DNA of 60,494 bases from a bacterium. Its GTDB lineage: Bacteria > Patescibacteriota > Patescibacteriia > 2-01-FULL-39-33. Of this stretch, positions 19,527-30,295 are shown piece after piece. Made by a program: the position numbers and the translations under genes. The stretch's first letter is position 1. Every line of letters begins with the position of its first letter. Below the pieces are notes generated by a model, which was not told where the DNA came from, did no database searches, and saw only the letters and a program-made list of their open reading frames with translations. The DNA lies in contig JAKQDP010000038.1 in the NCBI GenBank assembly GCA_029558735.1, forward strand, positions 1-60,494. The letters run 5' to 3'.

Positions 19527-20834
19527 ATGAATCTTATTTGTCGCCGAATTGTTTATCTAATTTTTGTCAGCGCTTTTTTTATCGTCACCCCGCTGATCTT
19601 AATGTACACTCAGGGGTATCGTTATAATTTCGCCAAAAGCCGCGTCCAAAAAACCGGCATTTTAATCATCAGTTCCCTGCCCAAAAAAGCGGAAATTTAT
19701 TTAAACGGCAAACTGCTGAAAAACCAATCCACTCCGGCTAGAATAGAAAAATTATTGCCGGCCGACTACGAAATCAAACTAACCAAAGACGGCTACCATC
19801 CCTGGCAAAAAAAACTGCCAGTCAATGAAAATGCCACTACTTTTGCCGAAGATATCATTTTGTGGAAACAAACCATCCCCTTGCAGCTGGCAACAGAAAA
19901 TATCAGTGATTGGTTAATTGCGCCAGAACGGGAAAAAATCGCCCTGCTAACCGCTGATAACCAATTAAAAATTTTAGACACCATTGACAGCCGGCTGACC
20001 ATTCCGAAAAATCAACCACCCCTAACCGCCCCGGAATTAATCGGCTGGTCCAATACAGGTAAAAAATTACTTCTTAAAGATTCAGTCCAGCAACAATCCC
20101 GCTACTACTTGCTCAATCTGTCCACTAATTCCGACAATCTCAGCAAAATCAACAGCCGTAATTATTTTTCAGTCAAATGGGACCAACAAAATGATAATCT
20201 GGTTTATGGCCTGGATAAAACCGGCCTGTGGGAAATTAACCTGTTTAATCAACAGGAAAAATTGATCTTTACCGATTCTCTTGATGATTTTTTGGTCACT
20301 GGCGGAGAAATTTTCATTTTAACGGGCTCCAATCTTTCTCGCTTGGACACCCCCGATAAGATTGATGCTCAATTAGACAGCCCTGACTATCAATTGATCG
20401 CCAAAGAAAATGGAAAAATTATCGCTATCAACAAAGCCCGTCAACAACTGGCCATTTTGGATTTGGCAACGCCGGCAAAAAATCTCCAGCTTAGCGCTAC
20501 CGGCTTTGACTGGCTAAATAATCTAACCTTATTGATTTTCAATGATTGGGAAATTTGGATTTATAATTTCCAAGACCAGGAACCGAAACTAATTACCCGG
20601 CTGGGCAAAAAAATAGCTGCTGCTGTCTGGCATAAAAGCGGCCAACATCTTATCTTTGCGGCGGAAAACGAATTGCGAATAATTGAATTGGACAACCGCG
20701 AATCGCGCAATATCATCACGTTGGCTGAGGTGCCGGAAATCCTTAAGTTGTCACTTGATCCGGCCGGCAAAAATATCTACTTCACCGGTCACTACTCCGA
20801 CCAAATGGAGCTCCTGAAATTAAATATCCGATAA
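19527..20834 (+). CDS. PEGA-domain membrane protein with probable beta-propeller
   Basis: TM, GYRY..KTG.LIISS.P..A.IYLNG..TP..I..L....Y.I.L.KDGY..W (PEGA pattern). Confidence 0.82.
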   Translation: MNLICRRIVYLIFVSAFFIVTPLILMYTQGYRYNFAKSRVQKTGILIISSLPKKAEIYLNGKLLKNQSTPARIEKLLPADYEIKLTKDGYHPWQKKLPVNENATTFAEDIILWKQTIPLQLATENISDWLIAPEREKIALLTADNQLKILDTIDSRLTIPKNQPPLTAPELIGWSNTGKKLLLKDSVQQQSRYYLLNLSTNSDNLSKINSRNYFSVKWDQQNDNLVYGLDKTGLWEINLFNQQEKLIFTDSLDDFLVTGGEIFILTGSNLSRLDTPDKIDAQLDSPDYQLIAKENGKIIAINKARQQLAILDLATPAKNLQLSATGFDWLNNLTLLIFNDWEIWIYNFQDQEPKLITRLGKKIAAAVWHKSGQHLIFAAENELRIIELDNRESRNIITLAEVPEILKLSLDPAGKNIYFTGHYSDQMELLKLNIR

Positions 20835-20865
20835 TTAGCCGACCGACTTTTAAAAGGCCATCTCG

Positions 20866-20912
20866 GCAATCAAAAAACATCCCGACCCAATGTCGGGATG
20901 TTTTTTGATTGC
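20866..20912. terminator. Bidirectional terminator
   Basis: Perfect 21-bp arms GCAATCAAAAAACATCCCGAC / GTCGGGATGTTTTTTGATTGC between convergent genes. Confidence 0.85.
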
Positions 20913-20920
20913 TTAAATTT

Positions 20921-21328
20921 TTATAACTGCTTCCTTATTTTTTCTACTACAACCGCCGCTTCACCGGCGGGATATGGTTGGCCGGACCAAAGTTCGCGGC
21001 CATCGTCTTTAAAACGAGGAATCAGATGAAGATGAACATGACCAACCGCCTGGCCAGCCACAACACCATTGTTGAGCGTCAAATTAAAACCAGCCGCGCC
21101 AACCCCCGTGATGATGGCCGGAGCAATTTTTCGCGCCACTATTACCAGCTGGACTGCCAATTGTTCGGGCAACGCCAATAAATCAGGATAATGCGCCTTG
21201 GGAATAACCAAAACATGTCCAGGATTAACCGGCGCAATATCCAAAAATGCCACCACCTCATCATCCTCGTAAATTTTATCGCTGGGAATTTCGCCGGCGA
21301 TAATTCTACAAAAGATACAATCAGTCAT
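20921..21328 (-). CDS. HIT family hydrolase
   Basis: CIFC, GHVLVIPK and HVHLH histidine triad. Confidence 0.95.
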   Translation of the reverse strand: MTDCIFCRIIAGEIPSDKIYEDDEVVAFLDIAPVNPGHVLVIPKAHYPDLLALPEQLAVQLVIVARKIAPAIITGVGAAGFNLTLNNGVVAGQAVGHVHLHLIPRFKDDGRELWSGQPYPAGEAAVVVEKIRKQL

Positions 21329-21350
21329 ATTTTTGAATTTAATTATTTTT

Positions 21351-22952
21351 TTAATTTAATTTATATAAAAATTCAGTCGGCGTTATTTCTGCTACCAGTT
21401 GCGGCGAAAAATCAGAATTATTAGTAATAAAATCAAGCTCGGCGCCGCTGTCAATGCTATAAAAATAAACCGGCGCCGCCTGAGAAATCAGCCGGATATT
21501 TTCCCAATAAGCGGGATCCTGCCAATAAAATATCACTCGACGTTTGGGGAAAAAAATTTTGTCGCTATAGCTGCTGACAATCACCGCCTCTGTTTCAGTC
21601 AGTGAGCGCACCTGCTTATTAATTTGGTGATAATTCTTGACCGTTGTCCGAATCGCCGCCAAACTTTCCGGACCAGCCCACCAAACTGAATTCAATGACC
21701 AATAAAACATCACCACCCCCAATGTCGCGCCGGCAATAAATTTAAAATTATCATTAGTAAACCGCTTGAATAACGCCACCAAAAAATAAACCGCCGGCGG
21801 GATAGCTAAAATATACAACGGCAAAAAATAACGCACCTGCGACGAGCCAATTAGCGGCCGTGCCAACAAATTATTATAAAAAAACCAGGAACCGTAATAT
21901 AGGAGCACCAAAGCGCCAACCAATAATAACGCCGCCAGATAAGCAATCTCTCTATTTTTAAGCTGACCCCGAAAATAACGCCAAATAATCAACGCGCCGC
22001 CCAAAAAACCGGCAACAAAGTACCACCAAAACATCCGGACATAGTAATAATAAAAATTATAAGCAAGATGGCGGAGATTGAAGCCAAAGGGAGCGACCAA
22101 TTGTTTGGCCAGGCCCAATAATTGATTATCGCCAAGCAATTTGGCATTGCCTTCGGGCACATAACCGGTCGTGAAGATGTTGCCATAAACCGCATACTGA
22201 TAACCGAGTACCGGTAAAAAAGAAAGCAAGCCCACAAACAGAAAAATAGAAAACTGAGTCCAGGAAAACTTTTTGGGATTAAAAATAAAAACTGCCAACA
22301 CCAACGATCCGACCCACAGTAAATCAGCAGTGCGAATAGTCAATGCCAAACCGATAAACAGGGCTGCCAATACCAACCGAGTCAAACCCTCCCGCCGCAA
22401 AAAATTAATTAACAGGCAAAAACCGATCAGTAAGAAATCAATAAACAGCACATTGTTAAATAGCGACCGGCTGTTGTAATACCAAAAAGCCGGCAAGACT
22501 AATAGCAACAAGGCTGAATAAAAAGCGATTTCCTGATTGAAAAATTCCTTAACCAATAAATAAAAACAGACTACGCCAATGATCGATACTAACGGAGTAA
22601 TAAACGGAATAAAGTGGACGGTAAAAACTGTGGCAAACATCCGGGCGATTAGAATAAAACCGAGAAAACTGGCCGGCGCAATGGCCTTATTAACCACCGT
22701 GGTGCTGCGCGGGTGGACTAAATTGAGCGCCCCGGAAACTTCGTTGAGCGGTTCCGGTTCAACCAGTTGGCCGGTCCGAGTGAATTTTTCAATAAAAAAA
22801 TAATTGGCTGTCTCATCGGGCGTATTAAAAATCCACATATCATTAGCCACGGCCGCTGGCCGGACACTAAAATATAAACTACTGTAAACAACAGTAAAAA
22901 TTACTGCCAAAACCAACAGAATCACGATGTAAGTTTTATTACTCAATTTCAT
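21351..22952 (-). CDS. Polytopic GT-C (ArnT/PMT-like) glycosyltransferase
   Basis: PDE motif in the first external loop, many TM helices, RYFLP motif. Confidence 0.72.
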   Translation of the reverse strand: MKLSNKTYIVILLVLAVIFTVVYSSLYFSVRPAAVANDMWIFNTPDETANYFFIEKFTRTGQLVEPEPLNEVSGALNLVHPRSTTVVNKAIAPASFLGFILIARMFATVFTVHFIPFITPLVSIIGVVCFYLLVKEFFNQEIAFYSALLLLVLPAFWYYNSRSLFNNVLFIDFLLIGFCLLINFLRREGLTRLVLAALFIGLALTIRTADLLWVGSLVLAVFIFNPKKFSWTQFSIFLFVGLLSFLPVLGYQYAVYGNIFTTGYVPEGNAKLLGDNQLLGLAKQLVAPFGFNLRHLAYNFYYYYVRMFWWYFVAGFLGGALIIWRYFRGQLKNREIAYLAALLLVGALVLLYYGSWFFYNNLLARPLIGSSQVRYFLPLYILAIPPAVYFLVALFKRFTNDNFKFIAGATLGVVMFYWSLNSVWWAGPESLAAIRTTVKNYHQINKQVRSLTETEAVIVSSYSDKIFFPKRRVIFYWQDPAYWENIRLISQAAPVYFYSIDSGAELDFITNNSDFSPQLVAEITPTEFLYKLN

Positions 22953-23794
22953 CGGGCGATATTAAATAAATTCAGGGCATTATTGCCGGTCTGTTCAATC
23001 ACCTGGCTAACCGGCAAATTTTTCAATTCGGCTATTTTTCGGGCAACCAGTTCAACATAAATCGGCTCATTACGCTGGCCCCGATGCGGCTCGGGTGCCA
23101 AGTAAGGGCAATCCGTTTCAATTAATATCCGGTCTAGTGGCGTATTTTTTGCCACTAATTCTAAGTCGGCCGCTTTTTTGCCAAAAGTAATGATGCCGGT
23201 AAAACCAAGATAAAAACCTAAAGCCAAAAACTTCTCCGCCACCGGCCAATCCGCACCAAAACAATGAATCACCCCCCGAATCGACTGCTGAGCCAAAACG
23301 TCCAACATCTCATCATAAGCGGCCAGCGGATTATCAGCTTGGCCGCGACAATGAAAAATAACCGGCAACTGTTTAGCTTGAGCCAGAGCCAAGTGGCGCA
23401 AAAAATATTCCCGTTGCCGAGCTCTAATAGTAACGGGATCGTCAACCAGCTGAAAATAATCCAAACCGGTCTCGCCGATCGCCACTACCTGAGGTTGACC
23501 GGCCAAAGTAATAATTTGTTTAAAAGCGCGCTCCAAATCATTGACCGCCTGATCATCAGAAGCAGCCGTTTCTTTGGTATCGCGGCGACAGCCGGCCAAA
23601 TGAATCGGGTGAATACCCACTGCCGCCGATAAACAATCAAATTGCTCAGCCAACTCCACCGCTCGACGCGAAGTTGACAGTTGCGACCCGACATTAATCA
23701 CTTTCATTGGCCGCTGTCGCACCCGGCCGATCACTTCGTCCAGGTCATGATTAAAAGCCTCAAAATTCAAATGAGCATGCGAATCAATCAACAT
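22949..23794 (-). CDS. tatD: TatD family DNase
   Basis: DSHAHL, IGETGLD, HCR, HCF and ETDCPYL motifs. Confidence 0.94.
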   Translation of the reverse strand: MLIDSHAHLNFEAFNHDLDEVIGRVRQRPMKVINVGSQLSTSRRAVELAEQFDCLSAAVGIHPIHLAGCRRDTKETAASDDQAVNDLERAFKQIITLAGQPQVVAIGETGLDYFQLVDDPVTIRARQREYFLRHLALAQAKQLPVIFHCRGQADNPLAAYDEMLDVLAQQSIRGVIHCFGADWPVAEKFLALGFYLGFTGIITFGKKAADLELVAKNTPLDRILIETDCPYLAPEPHRGQRNEPIYVELVARKIAELKNLPVSQVIEQTGNNALNLFNIAR

Positions 23795-24285
23795 TAGGGT
23801 AAAATATTAATAAATAACTGGGTAATAAAAACCACTAAATGAGCTAGCTGAGAATTATTTAGAGCAGTGACCAGCCAAAGCCAAGAACCGGAAAATTTAG
23901 CCAAGACATAAACACCGACGCCTAAAATAAACACCCCTTCCACTAATCCCAAAAACATACCGCCAAAACGGTTGATGCTTTTCAAAAAAGGAACCAGAGA
24001 AATAATATTAAACAGCTTGCTAATCAACCAAAAAATCAAAGCCGTTAAACGGTTAATCAATAAAAAAATGACAATAAACGATACGCTCTTGGCCAAACCG
24101 AGATTGCCCAACAGATAAGGCGATAACCAATTAGCGACCGGCTGATAAAAATTGTTGGCCACCCCAATACCGGCCGCCAAACCGACTAGAGCGCCAATTG
24201 TGCCAATTAAGCCCATCATAAAGCCAAGCGTCATAAAGACGACCAATAAACCGACTAAAATGACATCAACCAAGGTGAAAAGCAT
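23794..24285 (-). CDS. cvpA: CvpA (colicin V production) family membrane protein
   Basis: Four TM helices, INRFGG.FLG.VEG motif. Confidence 0.82.
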   Translation of the reverse strand: MLFTLVDVILVGLLVVFMTLGFMMGLIGTIGALVGLAAGIGVANNFYQPVANWLSPYLLGNLGLAKSVSFIVIFLLINRLTALIFWLISKLFNIISLVPFLKSINRFGGMFLGLVEGVFILGVGVYVLAKFSGSWLWLVTALNNSQLAHLVVFITQLFINILP

Positions 24286-24364
24286 GAAAATAAATTTTAA
24301 TTTTTAATTTCAAGCCTTAACTAAAATTAAAAAATTTAAATTTTAAAAGATAACGAAAAAACAC

Positions 24365-25870
24365 CTATTTTTCTAACCGGGGAAACAACGCCTCACCTTT
24401 GACGACCTTCGTCCCCGCCTTCAATCCTCCCCAGCGGCTCAAATCAGGCAAGCTGCTTGCCTGCCAATCCGTCTGACCCAAAGAAATTAAAATCTTATCG
24501 GCGGTTATTGGCATAATCGGATAAAGCATCAACGCCAAATGGCGCAGCGCCTCCAATAAATTATAAATCACCTTGGCCAATTGGTTATTATTAGTCTGCG
24601 CTAATGCCCAGGGCTTGTGGCGCTCAATATAACCATCGCAAAAGATCTGCCATTTTTTGATAACTTCAACGGCCTTATCAATTTGAAAAGCCGCCATTGC
24701 TTCGCGGTATTGCCGCCAAATACCGGCCATCTCATCGGCAAATTCCTTATCTTGATCAGGTGTTTTGCCGGCCAAAAATTTATCGGCCATCGCTAGGACG
24801 CGCGACACCAAGTTGCCAACACCATTAGCTAGGTCGCTATTATACTGAATGACAAAATTAGACGCCTTAACATCGCCGTCAGCGCCAAAAGGAAATTGGG
24901 ATAACAATAAATATCGAACCGCTTCCGCTCCTAATTCATCAATCAAAGCGTCCGGATCAATCACATTGCCCAAAGACTTACTCATTTTTTGACCATCCAC
25001 AGTGAAAAAACCATGGGCAAAAATCACTTTCGGCACCTCCAAGCCGGCGGCCAACAACATTGCCGGCCAGAAAATGGCATGGAATTTAATAATGTCTTTA
25101 GCCATCAAATGAATATCGGCCGGCCAAAACTTAGCGAATTTTTCATCTATTTGGCCGTAGCCTAAGGCGGTAATATAATTCTGCAAGGCTTCCACCCAGA
25201 CATAAGTCACTTGGCGGTTGTCAAACGGCAAACCGATCCCCCACTTGACGCTCTGGCGAGAAATAGAAAAATCATCCAACCCCTGACGCAACAACCCCAA
25301 TACTTCCTGATGCCGACTGGTGGGAAGAATCTTAAGTTCTCCGCTGTCCAATAACTCCTTAACTTTCGGCAAATAATCCTTTAACTTAAAAAAATAATTC
25401 TTTTCTTTAATAACCTGGGGCGCCTTATCATGATTTGGACATTTGCCGTCAACGAGTTCTTTTTCAGTGATAAAGTTTTCACAACCGGTACAATAAAGCC
25501 CCTGATACTCGCCTTCATAAATAGCGCCGGCCTCTTTCAGCCGATTCAAAAAAGCCGCCACTCCCTGTTGGTGATAAGACGAGGTAGTCCGAATAAAAGC
25601 ATCATTGCTAATATCCAACCGGTCCCAAAGCATCTGGAATTTAGCGGAATTTTCATCGCAAAATTCCTGCGGCGTTTTATTGGCCGCCTCGGCTGATTCA
25701 GCCACCTTAGCACCATGCTCGTCTGTGCCGGTCAGAAAAAAAACTTCCTCGCCGGCCAAACGATGATACCGCGCCAAAACATCAGCGGCAATCGTGGTAT
25801 AAGCATGGCCGATATGTGGCTTATCATTGACATAATAAATCGGCGTAGTGACATAAAACTTTTTTGCCAT
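24365..25870 (-). CDS. metG: Methionyl-tRNA synthetase (short form)
   Basis: YVTTPIYYVN, HIGH and KMSKS motifs; start reassigned to ATG 25870. Confidence 0.96.
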   Translation of the reverse strand: MAKKFYVTTPIYYVNDKPHIGHAYTTIAADVLARYHRLAGEEVFFLTGTDEHGAKVAESAEAANKTPQEFCDENSAKFQMLWDRLDISNDAFIRTTSSYHQQGVAAFLNRLKEAGAIYEGEYQGLYCTGCENFITEKELVDGKCPNHDKAPQVIKEKNYFFKLKDYLPKVKELLDSGELKILPTSRHQEVLGLLRQGLDDFSISRQSVKWGIGLPFDNRQVTYVWVEALQNYITALGYGQIDEKFAKFWPADIHLMAKDIIKFHAIFWPAMLLAAGLEVPKVIFAHGFFTVDGQKMSKSLGNVIDPDALIDELGAEAVRYLLLSQFPFGADGDVKASNFVIQYNSDLANGVGNLVSRVLAMADKFLAGKTPDQDKEFADEMAGIWRQYREAMAAFQIDKAVEVIKKWQIFCDGYIERHKPWALAQTNNNQLAKVIYNLLEALRHLALMLYPIMPITADKILISLGQTDWQASSLPDLSRWGGLKAGTKVVKGEALFPRLEK

Positions 25871-25886
25871 AGTATTAATAGTGAAT

Positions 25887-26582
25887 TTATTTTTTCTGCC
25901 CCTCAATTATAACAACCAACTCCCCCTTGGCGCTGGTCTGATCCAACTGGGCGATAATTTCGCCAATATTGCCGCGGTAAATAGTCTCAAATTTTTTGGT
26001 CAATTCGCGGCCGACAACTATTTTTCTTGCCTCTGACCCCGGCGGCATCATTTCGGCAAACACTTTCAAGGTTTTCACAATACGGTGAGTTGATTCATAA
26101 AACACCACCGTCTCCACACTGTCAATCATCTTTTTCACTACTGTCTGTTTGCCTTTCTTGTGCGGCAAAAAACCAAAAAAACAGAACCGATCACTGGGCA
26201 AGCCGGCAATTGATAAAGCGCAGGTCAATGCCGCCGGACCGGGAATGGGAATAACTTCCAATCCAGTGCCAAGTTTCTCAACCGCCAAAGCCACCAATTG
26301 GTTGCCCGGATCGGCAATACCCGGCGTACCGGCATCGGTAATTACTGCTACCTGTTTACCTTTGGCCAGCTCCCCAATGATAAAATCAACCTTAGCCCCG
26401 CCGCTATGCTGGTGGTAAGACACCAGGCGGGCATTGATTTGATGGTGGGACAATAATTTTCGCGACACCCGCGTATCCTCACAAGCAATAAAATCAACTC
26501 GCTTAAGCGTCTCAAGAGCGCGCAAAGTAATGTCGGCTAAATTACCGATCGGCGTCGCCACAATGTATAATCGTCCTGTCAT
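25887..26582 (-). CDS. rsmI: 16S rRNA C1402 2'-O-methyltransferase
   Basis: LYIVATPIGNL.D, CEDTR, DAGTPGIADPG and RELTKKFE motifs. Confidence 0.95.
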   Translation of the reverse strand: MTGRLYIVATPIGNLADITLRALETLKRVDFIACEDTRVSRKLLSHHQINARLVSYHQHSGGAKVDFIIGELAKGKQVAVITDAGTPGIADPGNQLVALAVEKLGTGLEVIPIPGPAALTCALSIAGLPSDRFCFFGFLPHKKGKQTVVKKMIDSVETVVFYESTHRIVKTLKVFAEMMPPGSEARKIVVGRELTKKFETIYRGNIGEIIAQLDQTSAKGELVVIIEGQKK

Positions 26583-26714
26583 AATGATTAAATAATAACA
26601 ATTTAAATCAATAAAATCAAGCTTAAATATTGACGACCAAGTCAATTTAAAAACAAAAAAGCCCAACCACTAAAATTAATGATTGAACTCGATTGATACA
26701 ATTGTTAAATTTTG

Positions 26715-27581
26715 TTATTGGGTGACAACAGGGGCGGCCGCGGATTCCACCGGAATTTCCACTTTGACGATTTCGCCGGTAGCCAAGTCCTTGTGCGTAC
26801 CCATCTCTTCCAATTTAGTAAAAATATAAGTGCCATCTTCAGTCACTTGGCCGACGCTCGACCAAACCTGGCTGAGATAATTATACACCGACAAATCGCC
26901 GGTCAAAATGATAGTCGGCGCCAAAGTAATGTCGTATTTTTCCACCAACTGTTTGCCCTCGTCACTGGCAACATCAATCGTCTGGCTGTCAATCGGATTC
27001 ATCCCTAAATTATTAAGCGCTAACAGATGGTCCTGATAATTATAACATTCCTGACAAGACTGATCGACCAAATAAGTGAGGGAAAATTTGCCCCTTACCT
27101 CACCGGTGGTCAGATCAATATAAGGAGGAAGAATATCGCGAAAAACGAACACTCCGTCTATAACTTCGCCCAACACCGGCCAAGCCGAGGCCAAAGTGGG
27201 ATTCTTGTCCAATTCACCGGCAATCAATACGGTCGGAACTTTAGTAATTTTGTATTTATCAATAAGACTTTGAGTGGCAGCATCATCAACATAAACTGTT
27301 TCTAGGCCCTCTTCTTTAATGTTATTCTGTCTTAAGGCGTTCAAAAATAAATTAACATCCCAGCAATCGGGGCAATCTTTTTTGGTGATAACCGTAATTC
27401 GCAGCGCCGCCTGCGGATTGTCAACCTGGCCTTCTGTCGAACCAGCTGGTGTTGGTTCGCCTTGTTTGTTAAGAAAGAAAAAAACACCAACGGCAATCAA
27501 AGCCACTATTACCAACGCCACTCCACCCCCTAAAATCGCGCCTTTGAGTATACCGGCGCTTTTTTTATTTACTTCTTCCAT
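26715..27581 (-). CDS. Membrane-anchored protein with two thioredoxin-like CxxC repeats
   Basis: TM, then two similar domains with CPDC and CQEC, each followed by KY.IT..PT. Confidence 0.7.
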   Translation of the reverse strand: MEEVNKKSAGILKGAILGGGVALVIVALIAVGVFFFLNKQGEPTPAGSTEGQVDNPQAALRITVITKKDCPDCWDVNLFLNALRQNNIKEEGLETVYVDDAATQSLIDKYKITKVPTVLIAGELDKNPTLASAWPVLGEVIDGVFVFRDILPPYIDLTTGEVRGKFSLTYLVDQSCQECYNYQDHLLALNNLGMNPIDSQTIDVASDEGKQLVEKYDITLAPTIILTGDLSVYNYLSQVWSSVGQVTEDGTYIFTKLEEMGTHKDLATGEIVKVEIPVESAAAPVVTQ

Positions 27582-27642
27582 GATTTTGAGTTAAATAATT
27601 AACGACTTAATTTTAACAAACTAAAAAATAAAAAGCAACTGG

Positions 27643-28779
27643 CTAAATCTGATTTTCCCTGTTATTTTCCTTTAACGGCCGAGGGGTATAAAACCAGACC
27701 GCCATTATTGTCGCTAACGGAATAGCCAAAGCCAAACCAATACAACCAACCAATGTTCTGACAATCTCCGTCGCTACCAATTCGCTACTAATCACTTGAG
27801 TCAGTGACAAAAACGGCGGCTGTTTAATACTAAACAACAACAATAGAGAAAAGGAAGCGCCGGCATAAGCCAAAAACAAAGTGTTAATCACCGACCCTAA
27901 ATGGGCATTGCCAACGGCCATAGCCATCTTAAACAATTTTTTTGCCGGCAAACTGGGATTGGCTTGCTTGATCTGGCCGACCGCTTCGATTTGGCCAACC
28001 ACCACATCATCCAAGATGCCTAAAGCGCCGATCAAAAACGCCGCCAACAACAAACCCTGGAAATTAATGTGCCCATAACCGGCACTAACCAAAAAAGCGG
28101 TTTCTTCTTGAACCGTGCCGCTCAAACTCAATAAGCCGACGAAAAAATCCGCCAGCAAAAAAACTAAAATTAAGCACAAGAAAATGCTTAAAACTGCCAA
28201 ATGAGATTTCCGATTAAACCCTTCGGTCAAATAAATTAACAACAATAAAATAAAAAAAGAACCGATTAAAGCAATAATAAGCGGATTGGAGCCAGCCAAC
28301 ACTCGGGGCACGATGAATTTTAAAATCACCAGAAAACTCATCACTAAAGCCAAGAGCGCCCGCAATCCCTTGCTCCGACCAACAATTAAAACCACCACTA
28401 CAAATAAACCGAATAAAAGATAAATATCGTTTCGCCGCACTTTTTCCAATACAAAAAATATCTCACTACCATCAGCGTCTTTGGTATAATTAACTAGCAC
28501 TCGATCGCCGATTTTGTAACTGCCACTACCAATCACCTCAATATCGCCAATACCATAATACTCAAATTGCCGATCAGTAAAGGCGCCGGTCAACCCTTCC
28601 AATTTAAGATTCTGTTGGATTTTTACGGCTTGATCACTGGTCAATGTCCGTTCTTCCAAAATATCAATCACCCGGGCCTCAAACACCTCGCCAACCGTAC
28701 CGCCTTCCTGAGCTGACAAATAACCAATCGGGGTCAGGACAAACAATAATAATATAATCAATAATACTTTTTTCACCAT
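27643..28779 (-). CDS. YibE/F family membrane protein
   Basis: IGALGILDDV, INTLFLAYAG and EIVRTLVG motifs. Confidence 0.88.
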   Translation of the reverse strand: MVKKVLLIILLLFVLTPIGYLSAQEGGTVGEVFEARVIDILEERTLTSDQAVKIQQNLKLEGLTGAFTDRQFEYYGIGDIEVIGSGSYKIGDRVLVNYTKDADGSEIFFVLEKVRRNDIYLLFGLFVVVVLIVGRSKGLRALLALVMSFLVILKFIVPRVLAGSNPLIIALIGSFFILLLLIYLTEGFNRKSHLAVLSIFLCLILVFLLADFFVGLLSLSGTVQEETAFLVSAGYGHINFQGLLLAAFLIGALGILDDVVVGQIEAVGQIKQANPSLPAKKLFKMAMAVGNAHLGSVINTLFLAYAGASFSLLLLFSIKQPPFLSLTQVISSELVATEIVRTLVGCIGLALAIPLATIMAVWFYTPRPLKENNRENQI

Positions 28780-28788
28780 TTTAAAAAA

Positions 28789-30015
28789 TTATTTCCAGGC
28801 CAAAAATTCCGGCCTGAATAAAATAGCTAAGCCCAAAAGCAGTAAGGCCAGTCCGCTAATCAATTTGATCGCTTTTAAATATTTTTCACTCACCTTGGTC
28901 ACCCGCAAAGTAATCACCGCCGCCAAAAAAATCAAAAAATCATCCAGCATATAAAAACCAATATAAACTAACAGGTAAAAATAATAAGAAACGGAGGGCA
29001 AACTAAAACCGGTCAAAATTTTGGTATAAGCTACCGGAAAGCCGAAGGAACAGAAGAGCTCAATCAAATTAATGCCGGCCGCCACCGTTGCTACTGTCAC
29101 CAAAACCAGCCATAATGGCATACTCGAATCGGTCACTTTAGTCATAATGGCAAAAAGTTTCCGCTGCCATTTAGTCAGTCGACCTTCGCGACCGTCTTGG
29201 GGCACATCGCAAATTTTACAAATGATGCCGGAAAAATAATCTTTAAGCAAAAACAGGGAAAATAATACCACCCCTATACCGACGACCATGGTAATAATCC
29301 GTAAATAACCCAAAAACATAAATAAATTCAACCAAGCGGAAATAAATAAAAAATAAATCAACCCGGAGACAAGAATAAATGTTCCCCCAATCAGAAATAC
29401 CTTCCGCCGATCAATGCTCTCGCCGCCCAAAATCATTGCCAATAAAAAGCCCAAGGCCACCATGGCGCAAGCATTAAAACCGTCAAGTCCGCCCATTACC
29501 GCGCTCAAGGTCAAAGGCGACAGTCCGGACAAGTTAATGGCGCCAATAAAAGGCAAAGATACCCGACCGCTAGTAGTCGATTCAATAGCATCATTGTCAT
29601 TGGGTTGATGATTGTCTCCCTCTAGAGCGATCAATCGTTGAACATAGCCCTCAATGGCTTCATCAACACTCTCGCTATAGCCGATCATATATTTTCCACC
29701 AACCCCTTCGGCTTCAATAAAGCTGACCGGCGTGCCGCCCCGCTTAGACTGCTCAATTTGATATTTATCATAAAAAGACTGCAATAAATCATAGCCATCA
29801 CTAGTGGTAACATTAATGCGCCTAATTGCCAATTGGGAATAATTAGCCTCAAGCCGCTCAATCAATTTTGACTGGCGGGCGCAGACTGAACAGGTTGGAC
29901 TGTAAAAAAAATAAAAAATCGGCTGGCTTTGAGCCTCGGCCACTGGCGCTAATAATCCCAGCAAACAAAATCCGACCAAAAACAAAATAATTAATCTGAC
30001 CGATGACTTAACCAT
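28789..30015 (-). CDS. Thioredoxin/glutaredoxin-like domain fused to a DsbD/CcdA-like membrane domain
   Basis: FYSPTCSVC; GLDGFNACAM and ELFCSFG.P TM Cys motifs. Confidence 0.78.
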   Translation of the reverse strand: MVKSSVRLIILFLVGFCLLGLLAPVAEAQSQPIFYFFYSPTCSVCARQSKLIERLEANYSQLAIRRINVTTSDGYDLLQSFYDKYQIEQSKRGGTPVSFIEAEGVGGKYMIGYSESVDEAIEGYVQRLIALEGDNHQPNDNDAIESTTSGRVSLPFIGAINLSGLSPLTLSAVMGGLDGFNACAMVALGFLLAMILGGESIDRRKVFLIGGTFILVSGLIYFLFISAWLNLFMFLGYLRIITMVVGIGVVLFSLFLLKDYFSGIICKICDVPQDGREGRLTKWQRKLFAIMTKVTDSSMPLWLVLVTVATVAAGINLIELFCSFGFPVAYTKILTGFSLPSVSYYFYLLVYIGFYMLDDFLIFLAAVITLRVTKVSEKYLKAIKLISGLALLLLGLAILFRPEFLAWK

Positions 30016-30026
30016 ATTTTAAAAAA

Positions 30027-30293
30027 TTATTTATCTTTATGTTGATTGATCAGCTCGCTTAGTTCCTCCTTTTCAACTAGGCCATTGAGCCGCAAAATTT
30101 CTTGGTCGGCCTTATCCAAAAAAATAAAGGTCGGCACATGATCGATTTGATATTGCTTTTTAATCTCCGGCTGCTGGTCGTAATCAATATATTCAGTTTG
30201 CAGTTCTGGCATCGCCCGCTCTATTTCCGCCCATCGTGGTCGCATAATGACGCATTCCGGACACCAAGTGGTGCCAATTTTTAAAATTTTCAT
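30027..30293 (-). CDS. Thioredoxin family protein
   Basis: WCPEC active site and VPT motif. Confidence 0.9.
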   Translation of the reverse strand: MKILKIGTTWCPECVIMRPRWAEIERAMPELQTEYIDYDQQPEIKKQYQIDHVPTFIFLDKADQEILRLNGLVEKEELSELINQHKDK

Positions 30294-30295
30294 AA